This document shows, one piece after another, positions 9,465-18,221 of a stretch of DNA of 57,180 nt. Location of the stretch: assembly GCA_043817315.1 (NCBI GenBank), contig JBDRGY010000003.1, positions 1-57,180 on the forward strand, given 5' to 3'. The first letter of the stretch is position 1, and each line of letters starts with the position of its first letter. The DNA is from Patescibacteria group bacterium (GTDB taxonomy: Bacteria > Patescibacteriota > Patescibacteriia > JBDRGY01). Position numbers and translations under genes: made by a program. The notes beneath the pieces were generated by a model. The model was not told the DNA's origin. It did not search any database and saw nothing but the letters and a program-made list of their open reading frames with translations.

Positions 9465-9509
9465 TAGCTATTCTCTGGCAAAAAGGCTAAGTTTAGCCTC
9501 ATTCCAGAG
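9455..9509 (+). promoter_or_regulatory. Island leader motif, copy 1 (two hairpins)
   Basis: TAGCTAA-gg-TTAGCTA, then ttc, then CTCTGG..AGGCTAA-gt-TTAGCCT..CCAGAG. Confidence 0.5.
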
Positions 9510-9580
9510 AGTTTGGATATTGGTTTGTACCTTGAAATCCCAGATTAGGCAAAAACACAGGAAAAACGGAGGGGGAAAAG

Positions 9581-10459
9581 ATGACAGAGCTGTTTGAGAT
9601 TGCTGCCGGCTCAGTGGCTGGCCGCGATCATGTCTTGGCCGGCCGTAATAACCAAGACGCCTATGTCTGGTCTATGTCTGACCAGGCAGTAATCGGCGTG
9701 GTTTGTGACGGCTGCTCCAAGGAGAGGCATAGCGAAGTAGGTAGTCAATTGACTGCTCAGCTTCTAGTGGAGACAATCAGACGCCACCATCTTCAGGGTC
9801 TGGCCAGAGGAAATCCCAATCTGCCGTTCATACATAGGGGTGCCTACTTTCCCTTTTGGGAAAAAGTGCGCCTGGATGTGTTAGCCCAGATCCGGGTTCT
9901 GGCCAATGCCATGGGAGAGAGTTTCAGTCGAACTGTCTGGAACTACTTCCTGTTTACTACGATGGGCTTCATAGTGACAGAACTGGGAGCGGCCTTCTTC
10001 TCCATTGGTGACGGAGTTTTCTTTATCAATGATGAGATGGTACGTCTCGGACCCTTTACCGACAACAAGCCGCCGTACCTGGCTTACGACCTGGTCGACT
10101 TGCCCGACGACAGTTTCGAGTCATCTGACTTGAGATTCCGTCTGGACATCTACCCGCCTGGTGCTGTCGATTCATTGTTGATTGGCACCGACGGGATTCT
10201 CGACTTGATCAAGAGTCAAGACCGAGTTATTCCCGGCAAGACAGAGTTGGTTGGCCCCATCAGTCAGTATTGGGAGAGTGATCGTTTCTTCCGCAACCCA
10301 GACAGCGTACGACGTCGCCTGGTTATCATCAACCGGGAGAGCGTACGAGTGGATCCACAGAAGAGAAGCTTGGTCAAGGAAGTGGGTCGTCTGGCTGATG
10401 ACACTACGCTAATCGTCCTGCGTCGCCAAGTCGAGGCAGAAGGGGTGGTAGAGCCATGA
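9581..10459 (+). CDS. PP2C-family protein phosphatase
   Basis: GR.NQDA, VCDGCS, IGDG, IGTDGI and C-terminal DDTTLIVL motifs. SD ggaggggg. Confidence 0.8.
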   Translation: MTELFEIAAGSVAGRDHVLAGRNNQDAYVWSMSDQAVIGVVCDGCSKERHSEVGSQLTAQLLVETIRRHHLQGLARGNPNLPFIHRGAYFPFWEKVRLDVLAQIRVLANAMGESFSRTVWNYFLFTTMGFIVTELGAAFFSIGDGVFFINDEMVRLGPFTDNKPPYLAYDLVDLPDDSFESSDLRFRLDIYPPGAVDSLLIGTDGILDLIKSQDRVIPGKTELVGPISQYWESDRFFRNPDSVRRRLVIINRESVRVDPQKRSLVKEVGRLADDTTLIVLRRQVEAEGVVEP

Positions 10460-12339
10460 AGTATGTCTATGTAAAAGATAGACGTGTTCGGCTCGACCCC
10501 ACTCGTTCGATCGGCAAAGGGGGAGAGGCGGATGTATTCGATGTCGGTGGCGGAGTGGCTCTTAAGCTATTTAAACCACCTAGCCATCCTGACTACCAGG
10601 GACAACCGCATGAGCAGCAAGCAGCTGAGGTACGTATCACCACCCATCAGCAAAAGCTGCCCGAACTGATGACCAGGGCAAATGTGTTACCCGGCAGGGT
10701 AATAACCCCCATTTCTTTGGCCACTAACCAGGCAGGCAGTCAGATTCTCGGCTATACCATGAAGTTTCTTGATGGCAACGAGATTCTGCTGCGCTTTACT
10801 GATCGTGGCTTCAGACAGACGGGAGTGGAAAACCAAGAGGTGGTCGACATCTTTTGCGATCTGCATCCCACCGTAACCGGAATTCATGGTGCCAGTTTCG
10901 TGATCGGTGACTTCAACGACCTCAACATCTTGGTCAGAGGAACTGAAGCTTGGTTGATCGATGCAGATAGCTTCCAGTTTGGGCCGTACAAGTGCACCAT
11001 GTTCACTCAGCGCTTTGTTGACCCCTTGCTCTGTGATCCCAAGAGATCCAGCCTGATGCTAGCCAGGCCCCATAATCAGGGTTCTGACTGGTATTCCTTC
11101 GCCGTGATGCTGATGCAGTGTCTGCTCTTCGTAGACCCCTACGGTGGAATCTATCGTCCCAAGCAAAAGGGCCAGAGGATTCCTCATGGAGCCAGACCTC
11201 TGCACCGCATCACTGTTTTCAATCCTGAGGTCAAGTATCCTAAACCAGCTATTCACTTTGGAGTGCTGCCGGATGAGCTTCTGCATCACTTCCATCTGGT
11301 GTTTGAAAAGGACCAGCGGGATCCATTTCCCCTGTCCTTGCTGCAAGGGATTCGCTGGACCACTTGTCCCAACTGTGGAGCGGAGCATGCCAGGACCCAG
11401 TGTCCCCAGTGTGCTGAAATGGCTCCGGGGATAGTCAAAGAGAGGATCCAAGTGAGGGGCCAAGTGACAGCTACCCGGATTTTCCAGACCGACGGCCAGA
11501 TCCTCTTTGCCGCCTATCAAGGCGGCAGGATGCGCTGGCTCTATCACCAGAACGGTCAGTATCGGCGTGAAGATCAATTAGTTGTCTTTTCCGGAGACTT
11601 GGATCGTAACGTCCGCTACCGTATCCACGGAGATCAAACTCTGTTGGGAAGCGGCAGCAATCTGGTTACCCTGCAAAGGGGGCAAGAACCAGACAAGATC
11701 AGTGTTGATACCTATCACAATCTACCAATCTTTGATGCCAATAGCCGAAGGCGTTACTGGTTGGATCAGGGTCGGTTGTACTGTGATGGTCAGTTCGGAC
11801 GCGATTACCTTGGTGATGTGCTGCGGGGACAGACTCTATTCTGGGTCGGTCCCAAGTTCGGATTCGGTTTCTACCGGGCCGGAACGCTCAACATTGCCTT
11901 TGTTTTCGACGCCGAACACCGGGGTATCAACGACTCGGTCAAGATTCCGGGTCTACGAGGTCAGCTGGTTGATTCGACCTGTTACTTCACCAAGGATCGA
12001 TGCTGGTTCTTGATATCGGTTCAGGAAGGCGGTAAGATATTTAACCGCTGCTACCTGATTCGGCCCGATGGCACTGTGGAAGCTTCAGCTGAAGCTGAAA
12101 GCGGAGATGATTCCTGGTTGGCCCGCTTGCGCGGCAAGTGTGCTGCCGGTCATTTCCTGATGGTAGCCACGGACGAAGGATTGGTTCGAGTGGAGAGGAG
12201 CGGCGATCAGCTGGTTGTCAGCAAAGAGTTTCCGGATACGGAACCGTTTGTCGATGCCGGTTGTCATCTCTTTCCCTGCAAGGAAGGTATCTACGCAGTG
12301 GATCAGCATGAAGTTCGTCTATTGAAGATCAGCAAGTAA
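10456..12339 (+). CDS. Protein kinase-like protein with an internal zinc ribbon and a large beta-rich C-terminal domain
   Basis: IGKGGEADVF...ALKLF (Gly loop and Lys), GDFNDLNIL (catalytic loop-like), LIDADSF (DFG-like), CPNCG..x8..CPQC. The start overlaps the PP2C stop (ATGA). Confidence 0.7.
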   Translation: MKYVYVKDRRVRLDPTRSIGKGGEADVFDVGGGVALKLFKPPSHPDYQGQPHEQQAAEVRITTHQQKLPELMTRANVLPGRVITPISLATNQAGSQILGYTMKFLDGNEILLRFTDRGFRQTGVENQEVVDIFCDLHPTVTGIHGASFVIGDFNDLNILVRGTEAWLIDADSFQFGPYKCTMFTQRFVDPLLCDPKRSSLMLARPHNQGSDWYSFAVMLMQCLLFVDPYGGIYRPKQKGQRIPHGARPLHRITVFNPEVKYPKPAIHFGVLPDELLHHFHLVFEKDQRDPFPLSLLQGIRWTTCPNCGAEHARTQCPQCAEMAPGIVKERIQVRGQVTATRIFQTDGQILFAAYQGGRMRWLYHQNGQYRREDQLVVFSGDLDRNVRYRIHGDQTLLGSGSNLVTLQRGQEPDKISVDTYHNLPIFDANSRRRYWLDQGRLYCDGQFGRDYLGDVLRGQTLFWVGPKFGFGFYRAGTLNIAFVFDAEHRGINDSVKIPGLRGQLVDSTCYFTKDRCWFLISVQEGGKIFNRCYLIRPDGTVEASAEAESGDDSWLARLRGKCAAGHFLMVATDEGLVRVERSGDQLVVSKEFPDTEPFVDAGCHLFPCKEGIYAVDQHEVRLLKISK

Positions 12340-12450
12340 CCATCACTCAACCAAGGAGGCTGGTATGTCAGTACGAGACGGCCCGCCCTAGCGGACCCAG
12401 ACATTGGTAGCAGTTCAGGATCAAGAACCTCTTACAGAAAGGAAGAGGAA

Positions 12451-13551
12451 ATGAGCAAGATTCAGACCATTCCGATGCCTTCTTTCTTCAGCGCTGCTAA
12501 TGCCGGAGAATGGGGCTACCGGCCCGATGTGGCCAGGCTGGCTGAGCTGGCCCCCAACTGGGCAGCTGAGCACGGTATCAAGGCTTCCGGCACGGATGAT
12601 TTCCGGCTGCATGTCCTGGGTATCGACCAGCAGCGGGATTTCTGCTTCCCCGAAGGAACTCTGTTCGTAGGGGGCAGGAGCGGCAGCGGAGCTATTGACG
12701 ACAGCGCTCGGTTTGCCGAGTACATCTACAGGAATTTGGGCATCATCACCCGGATTGATCTGACCTTCGACACCCACTTCGCCTTCCAGATCTTCTTCCC
12801 CTGGTTCTGGGTGGATACGGCTGGCAAGACTTTGCAAGCTCACACCCTGATCGTGGTCAGTGACGACGGTAAGTCACTTTCCAACATCGGTCTGGATGGC
12901 AGCCTGCTGCACGAGGATGTCAGGCCTAATCCGGCCATGACCTCCTGGCTGGCCAACGGCAACTACGGTTTCCTCTGCCAGTACGCCCTGCACTACTGTA
13001 AGCAGCTCAAGGAAGGCGGCAAGTACACGCTTTATCTCTGGCCGCCGCATTGTCTGCTGGGTGGCGAGGGACATGCCCTGGTCGGAGTGATCCACGAGGC
13101 GCATATGTTCCACGCCCTGGTCAGAGGATCTCAGAACAATGCCGAGGTTAAGGGAGGTAACCCCTTCACCGAGAACTACAGTGTCTTCCGGTCGGAGGTA
13201 CTGACTCGACAGGATGGCCAGGCAATCGCTCAGCGCAACACCCACTTCCTGAAGACGCTGACTGATGCTGATGCCGTGGTCATCGGAGGACAAGCCGCCA
13301 GCCACTGTGTCAAGAGCTCAATCGACGATCTGTTGGACGAGATCATGGCTCAGGACGCGGGATTGGCTCGCAAGGTCTATATCCTCAAGGACTGCATGTC
13401 CTCAGTGGCCATTCCTGACGGATCAGGCGGATTCGCCGTCGACTTCACGGACGAGACTGAAAAGGCGTTCGAGCGATTCACTGCTGCTGGCATGCATCTG
13501 GTGCTGTCGACCGATCCGATGGACACCTGGCCGGATCTCAATCTGGCCTGA
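12451..13551 (+). CDS. Nicotinamidase (PncA/isochorismatase family) with a ~100-aa insertion
   Basis: GIDQQRDFC, FDTH, WPPHCLLGGEGH, VKGGNPFTENYSVF and GGQAASHCV align to the PncA catalytic Asp/Lys/Cys and metal ligands. Confidence 0.7.
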   Translation: MSKIQTIPMPSFFSAANAGEWGYRPDVARLAELAPNWAAEHGIKASGTDDFRLHVLGIDQQRDFCFPEGTLFVGGRSGSGAIDDSARFAEYIYRNLGIITRIDLTFDTHFAFQIFFPWFWVDTAGKTLQAHTLIVVSDDGKSLSNIGLDGSLLHEDVRPNPAMTSWLANGNYGFLCQYALHYCKQLKEGGKYTLYLWPPHCLLGGEGHALVGVIHEAHMFHALVRGSQNNAEVKGGNPFTENYSVFRSEVLTRQDGQAIAQRNTHFLKTLTDADAVVIGGQAASHCVKSSIDDLLDEIMAQDAGLARKVYILKDCMSSVAIPDGSGGFAVDFTDETEKAFERFTAAGMHLVLSTDPMDTWPDLNLA

Positions 13552-13609
13552 TTTCTGGGGCAGTAAGTGGCAGTAGTCAATTTCTACATCAGAAACAGGA
13601 GGTAATCAG

Positions 13610-14431
13610 ATGAGTCAGGCCCCAGATGTTAAGGAACTGCTGAGTTCAGCCAAGGAAGAGGGAAGTATCTCCCAGTCGACCTTCGAGCTGCTCAGTGATG
13701 TCGATATCGGCGCCCGGATCCAGGCTGGACTGGGACTGACCGTGGATGATGTCCAGGCCAGTGAGGTCTTTCTGGTCACTCTGCTGATCGATGACTCAGG
13801 TTCCATCCGCTTTGCCGGCAATACGCAAGTGATGCGAGATGGCAACAACCTGATCATCGATTCCCTGATAGCCACTAAGCAGGTGGACAACATCCTGATG
13901 TCGACCCGCTACCTCAACGGCGACATCATCAGCCCCTTCGTCCTCATCGATCAGGCGGTGCGTCTTGACACCAGCAACTACGACCCCAACGGTGGTACTC
14001 CGCTTTACGACATGACTCTGGAGACCCTGGGCACAGTACTGGTCAAGTCCCAGGAGTTTGCTGATCAGGGCGTAATGGTGCGGTCGATCACGGTCATTGT
14101 CTCCGATGGCAATGACCAGCATTCACCGCGTCAGCACGGTGGTCGGGGAACTGCTCCGGCTGACTGTGCGGAGCTGGTCAAGAAGATGTTGCTGTCAGAA
14201 CAGCACATCGTGGCGGCCATGGGCATCGATGATGGCACAACGGACTTCAAGGATGTGTTCCGGTCAATGGGTATCCACGATGAGTGGGTTCTGACACCGG
14301 GCAACAACGAGAGTGAGATCCGCCACGCCTGGGGGTTCGTCTCCCAGTCAGCGGTTCGGGCTTCTCAGGGAGCAGCCAGCTTCTCGGAGACGGCTCTGGG
14401 CGGCTTCGGCGAGGAAGACGACGGCAGTTAG
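13610..14431 (+). CDS. vWA-domain protein (TerY-like)
   Basis: MIDAS motif LLIDDSGSI, GGTPLYD, VIVSDGNDQ. Confidence 0.75.
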   Translation: MSQAPDVKELLSSAKEEGSISQSTFELLSDVDIGARIQAGLGLTVDDVQASEVFLVTLLIDDSGSIRFAGNTQVMRDGNNLIIDSLIATKQVDNILMSTRYLNGDIISPFVLIDQAVRLDTSNYDPNGGTPLYDMTLETLGTVLVKSQEFADQGVMVRSITVIVSDGNDQHSPRQHGGRGTAPADCAELVKKMLLSEQHIVAAMGIDDGTTDFKDVFRSMGIHDEWVLTPGNNESEIRHAWGFVSQSAVRASQGAASFSETALGGFGEEDDGS

Positions 14432-14462
14432 CCTAATCAGGAGGGATTTGTACCTTTGGGAA

Positions 14463-14499
14463 GGGGGGTAGCCATCTTGGCTCCCCCCACCCCTTTTTA
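14463..14499 (+). terminator. Rho-independent terminator
   Basis: GGGGGGTAGCCA-tct-TGGCTCCCCCC followed by TTTTT. Confidence 0.7.
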
Positions 14500-14509
14500 C
14501 CTAAGACCC

Positions 14510-14538
14510 TTGACAAATCCTAGAAAATATGTTAAGTT
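14510..14538 (+). promoter_or_regulatory. Promoter of the NMNAT-NADK operon
   Basis: TTGACA-N17-TAAGTT. Confidence 0.55.
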
Positions 14539-14558
14539 TTGTTGTTTCTAAGAGAGGT

Positions 14559-14611
14559 TTAACTAAGTAATCTTGGTTAAATATCTCTGGCCTTAAACCG
14601 AGTTTGAGGCC
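14559..14611 (+). promoter_or_regulatory. Island leader motif, copy 2
   Basis: TTAACTAA-gtaatc-TTGGTTAA, then atatc, then TCTGG within GGCCTTAAA-ccgag-TTTGAGGCC. Lies downstream of the predicted -10, so it should be transcribed. Confidence 0.55.
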
Positions 14612-14677
14612 AAATAAACGGAGGAAACTTGGTATTCTTTGGATCGTCCTTTGAGATATTAATGAGAGGAGGCTGTA

Positions 14678-16060
14678 ATGGCCGAGCGAATTGCTCTCTT
14701 CGGAGGCAGTTTCAATCCGCCTGGGATGCACCATCGTTTGGTGGTGGAGCGGTTGCTACAGTCTTTTGAACGAGTGGTGATCATCCCCTGTGGTTTCCGT
14801 CCCGACAAGGAAACGACTAATGATGTGGAACCGATCCACCGTGCGGTAATGGCTGATCTGGCTTTCGGAGATTTACCGGGAGCAGAAGTAGTCCTTGATG
14901 ATCTGGAACAGGGAATCTTCACCAGAACCCATCAGTTGGATCAGATTTACCGGGAACAGGGTGAGGTTTGGCATGTGGTTGGTGGCGATCTGATCAAGGA
15001 AGGTAAAGATCGTCGGTCGGTGATCCAGAGGGAATGGCAGAAAGGACCGCAGGTTTGGCAAGACTGCAATTTTGCAGTTGTAGCCCGGCCCGGATACCGC
15101 TATTCCCAGGATGATCTGCCGCCACACAACCAGATGATGACCCCGATTGTTGAAGGCTCCAGTTCGGAGATTCGACAGAGAGCGTTCAACCACTTGCCTT
15201 ATGGGGATCTGGTGACTGCTAGGGTGGCCCAATACATCGAGCGCTACGCTCTGTACCGGGGTCGCCCCCCCTATCATTCAGCCCGTTTCAGTCTGGAGGA
15301 GCCTCGTCCTTTTGTCTTCTGCGATACGCAGAACTCACGAGCCTGTGAGTTGGCCAGAGGACTTGATAGCTTCCCCAGCCCCAACTGTATTCTGGTCCTG
15401 GGCGGCGATGGTACTATGCTGCGGGCTATCCGTGAGCACTGGCGCCTGAGGCTGCCCTTTATCGGCATTAACCTGGGGCACTACGGATTCAAGCTCAACG
15501 AAGATGATGGTTCTATCATCGACGGTGACCAGGTTAGGCTGCAAGACTTGGTGATAAGAAACTTGCCCTTGCTCTACGTGCAGACTTCTGATAATCAGGG
15601 ATCTGTAACAGATCATCTGGCTTTCAATGACGTCTGGATAGAGAGACAAGGAGGCCAGACTGCCTGGATCGAAGTTGCGGTTGACAAGGTGGTGCGTCTC
15701 CACAAGCTAGTCGGTGACGGCGTACTGATTGCAACAGCGGCTGGTTCCACTGCCTATGCTAGTGCTATGGGTGCCTCGGCCTTGCCGGTTGACGCTCCGG
15801 TTCTGATCATGGCGGGATCCAACGTTTTCTCGCCGGCCGGCTGGAAAGTGGCCAACTTACCACTTGAGGCTGATATCGAACTACGCGGTTTGGACACCGG
15901 CAAGCGGCCCCTGGATGGCTTTGTGGACGGAGAGCCTCTAGGTGAAGTTGTCCGCCTGTGCGCCAGGATAAGTCGGACTGCTTCAGCCGAAGTGGCTTTT
16001 GTGCCTACTTATGATATTGCTGAGAAGCTGACTCGAATCCAGTTTCCGGAGGGAGGGTAA
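14678..16060 (+). CDS. Fusion of NMN/NaMN adenylyltransferase (NMNAT-like) and NAD kinase
   Basis: N-terminus: FGGSFNPPGMHHR, HRAVMADLA, SSSEIR. C-terminus: ILVLGGDGTMLRAI, NDVWIER, GDGVLIATAAGSTAYASAMGA (NadK motifs). Confidence 0.8.
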   Translation: MAERIALFGGSFNPPGMHHRLVVERLLQSFERVVIIPCGFRPDKETTNDVEPIHRAVMADLAFGDLPGAEVVLDDLEQGIFTRTHQLDQIYREQGEVWHVVGGDLIKEGKDRRSVIQREWQKGPQVWQDCNFAVVARPGYRYSQDDLPPHNQMMTPIVEGSSSEIRQRAFNHLPYGDLVTARVAQYIERYALYRGRPPYHSARFSLEEPRPFVFCDTQNSRACELARGLDSFPSPNCILVLGGDGTMLRAIREHWRLRLPFIGINLGHYGFKLNEDDGSIIDGDQVRLQDLVIRNLPLLYVQTSDNQGSVTDHLAFNDVWIERQGGQTAWIEVAVDKVVRLHKLVGDGVLIATAAGSTAYASAMGASALPVDAPVLIMAGSNVFSPAGWKVANLPLEADIELRGLDTGKRPLDGFVDGEPLGEVVRLCARISRTASAEVAFVPTYDIAEKLTRIQFPEGG

Positions 16061-16062
16061 CC

Positions 16063-16365
16063 ATGTCCAAGTCAGAACTGGCGGTGAAGTTGACCATTAA
16101 GCGGGAAGGTGACAACGTCTTTGTCATCGGTCTGCTTGGTCATCAGGGTGCTCTACAGATTGTGCCCAGCCTGCGTGACGAGGATTTGATCATCGAGCCG
16201 GGTGGACGGGCCCACCTGGAGTTCCGTACCATTACTCAGAAGCCGATGGTTCAGATCTGCCGCAGCGACGGTGAGGTAATACTGACCCGGGACCTGGATC
16301 GCGATGAGATTCTGATCACCTTCGATCCCTGGGATCATATCGCCTCGGTCCCCGTCTCCTGGTAA
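16063..16365 (+). CDS. Hypothetical 100-aa protein, tightly coupled to the fusion gene
   Basis: ATG 2 nt after the upstream stop, island-like G+C, no family recognised. Confidence 0.5.
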   Translation: MSKSELAVKLTIKREGDNVFVIGLLGHQGALQIVPSLRDEDLIIEPGGRAHLEFRTITQKPMVQICRSDGEVILTRDLDRDEILITFDPWDHIASVPVSW

Positions 16366-16379
16366 GAAGCTCTTCTCTT

Positions 16380-16426
16380 GTCTGGCAGTAGACCCTAGCG
16401 GGTTGCTGCCAGACAGATTATTTTTT
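16380..16426 (+). terminator. Rho-independent terminator
   Basis: GTCTGGCAG...CTGCCAGAC followed by TTATTTTTT. Confidence 0.7.
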
Positions 16427-16485
16427 CAGAAAAGGGTAACTAAATACTTGGTTATCGCTTTCTGGTCTCAAAGCGATTTGAGACT
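16425..16485 (+). promoter_or_regulatory. Island leader motif, copy 3
   Basis: TAACTAA-atac-TTGGTTA (16437-16454), then tcgctt, then TCTGG within GGTCTCAAA-gcga-TTTGAGACT (16464-16485). 56/61 identical to copy 4. Confidence 0.55.
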
Positions 16486-16537
16486 ATCGATCATTACAAT
16501 TGACAAGGATAAACCCCCAAGAACAGGGAGGAATAAA

Positions 16538-17326
16538 ATGGAGCAGAGATCTTCTGTTACCGTTCCTTCCTTGTTCATTCAGACAAGGGGGGAAGATTCG
16601 TTTAAGGTAGCACTGCAGCTGACCACAGCTGCCAGCCGGTTTGTAGTTAGACTAACCGGTGGTTGTGGTTACATGAGAGAAGCTGACGCTAGGGGGATGT
16701 ACGATCTGTTCAGGGGTGCCTTTGCTGGTTACCTGGGAGCTTTGCTCTTTGGGGGAACCAGAATGGTACGTAAAGACGATCACTCTGTGGTGGTGCCTGG
16801 GATTACAGAAGTAGCACCGCTAATCGGTCAACATTGCCCTGGTTCTATGGTTATGGGTGTCATTCCTCGCACTCAGGATCTCAAGGTTTCTGAAGCGGGG
16901 TTGATTGTCCACCAAGAACCAGACAACGACTTCCTGACCGTTATTCATCCAGACCAGCAGGTCTGTGTGGTGGTCCAGAAATCAGCTGACCAGGAAGTTC
17001 CCTGGGAGGCTGAATACCTGGAGTGCCTGCGGATTATGCATAATCTAAGGGAGCATGCCAAGTTTGCTTCTCTGCTTATCAGCTACAACGGCGGTTCAGT
17101 AACCGAGAAGGAAATCCTAGCAACCGCCAAACTAGGTTGGCCGGTTCTGCTGATCAACGGCAGCGGTCGAATCTCTGACCAGTATGCCAATGATCAAGAC
17201 TTCCTGGAGCAATACCCCAACGTAGCAGTGGCTTGGAGGGACGTTGCTTCGTTCCGAGAACAACTGGTTCGTTTGGGCGCTCTGCATGGCGTTAACCCTG
17301 AGTTATCCCAGGTTGAAAGGGGGTAG
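16538..17326 (+). CDS. SLOG-superfamily protein, TRPM-type (LSDAT-like), paralog 1
   Basis: Start moved from 16403 to the ATG behind SD gggagg, because the track extension covers the leader motif. Motifs: LTGGCG, LFGGTR, SYNGGSVTEKEI, WPVLLINGSGRISDQYA (compare TRPM GSGR.AD). Confidence 0.65.
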   Translation: MEQRSSVTVPSLFIQTRGEDSFKVALQLTTAASRFVVRLTGGCGYMREADARGMYDLFRGAFAGYLGALLFGGTRMVRKDDHSVVVPGITEVAPLIGQHCPGSMVMGVIPRTQDLKVSEAGLIVHQEPDNDFLTVIHPDQQVCVVVQKSADQEVPWEAEYLECLRIMHNLREHAKFASLLISYNGGSVTEKEILATAKLGWPVLLINGSGRISDQYANDQDFLEQYPNVAVAWRDVASFREQLVRLGALHGVNPELSQVERG

Positions 17327-17386
17327 GAAGGCGTATCACCTCTAGGCACTATAGGCCAAGGGAAGGGCTACAGAAAGGGAGGTTGT

Positions 17387-18166
17387 GTGAAAGGACCATA
17401 CGCGGTAACGGCACCAGGTGGCAAGCTCAACCTGATGGTGATGGATGCATCGGACGGTGTTCCTGCCGCTTTTGCCCTGATGGGCACCCTGGCCGAGCGC
17501 AAGGTAGCGCTGCGTCTAGGAGGCGGCTGCAAGGGTATGGACACCAACGACAAGGCAGCAATGCTGGCCTACTTCCGGGATGCCCTACGGGGCTTCAACG
17601 GCTTGATCTGGTCTGGCGGCACTCGTCAGGTCGATGGGAACGACCAGGTGAACCCCATGGTCACCGACGTGCCCGGCGTGATTGCCGCTGAGAACCCCGG
17701 CGCTGTGGCTCTGGGTACAGTACCCCGGGTCGAGATGCTGACCCTACAACAGGATTCCCGACTGGTTCTGGACCAGTGGGGCACCGTGCCCAATCCGACT
17801 ATGTCCGGTATCCTGGTGGTACAGAACGGCCCGGACGGTGAGTTGGACTGGGACGGCGATGTAGATACCTACATCGCCATGATGGAGAGCTGGCGTACCT
17901 ACGCTAACTTCACGGCCCTGGGCTTGGTCGCCTGGAACGGCGGAGCGGTCACCGAGCAGGAGATTATCAAGGCCGCCAGCAAGGGCTGGCCCGTGATCCT
18001 GATCAAGGGATCGGGTAGGGTGACCGACGAGATCGCCACCAAGCTGGCGGCGGACGATCCGGCGCTGATCGCCAAGCTACCGCAGGAGTTCAAGATCATC
18101 GTGGCCGACATCGCCGATCCCAACACGCTGCGAGTGGCCCTGACCGAGCACGGCTTCCTGGGATAG
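17387..18166 (+). CDS. SLOG-superfamily protein, TRPM-type (LSDAT-like), paralog 2
   Basis: GTG start behind gggagg. Motifs: LGGGCKG, WSGGTR, AWNGGAVTEQEI, WPVILIKGSGRVTDEIA. Collinear with paralog 1. Confidence 0.65.
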   Translation: MKGPYAVTAPGGKLNLMVMDASDGVPAAFALMGTLAERKVALRLGGGCKGMDTNDKAAMLAYFRDALRGFNGLIWSGGTRQVDGNDQVNPMVTDVPGVIAAENPGAVALGTVPRVEMLTLQQDSRLVLDQWGTVPNPTMSGILVVQNGPDGELDWDGDVDTYIAMMESWRTYANFTALGLVAWNGGAVTEQEIIKAASKGWPVILIKGSGRVTDEIATKLAADDPALIAKLPQEFKIIVADIADPNTLRVALTEHGFLG

Positions 18167-18180
18167 ACATTCTTGTCGAC

Positions 18181-18216
18181 AGGAGGAGGGGTGAGCATGG
18201 CTCATCCCTCCTACCT
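18181..18216 (+). terminator. Rho-independent terminator (weak T-tract)
   Basis: GGAGGGGTGAGC-atg-GCTCATCCCTCC followed by TACCTATTTATT. Confidence 0.5.
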
Positions 18217-18221
18217 ATTTA

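Noticed and set aside
16500-16528. TTGACA box at 16500 as the promoter of the SLOG operon
   Set aside because: No acceptable -10 follows at 16-18 nt spacing (acaggg). A weak TTTTTC-N17-TACTTG upstream is the only alternative, so the promoter is left unassigned.
16403-16537. N-terminal 45-aa extension of the first SLOG gene given by the ORF track
   Set aside because: The extension is translated from the conserved AT-rich leader motif that also occurs upstream of pncB. A good SD (gggagg) precedes the internal ATG at 16538, and paralog 2 aligns from there.
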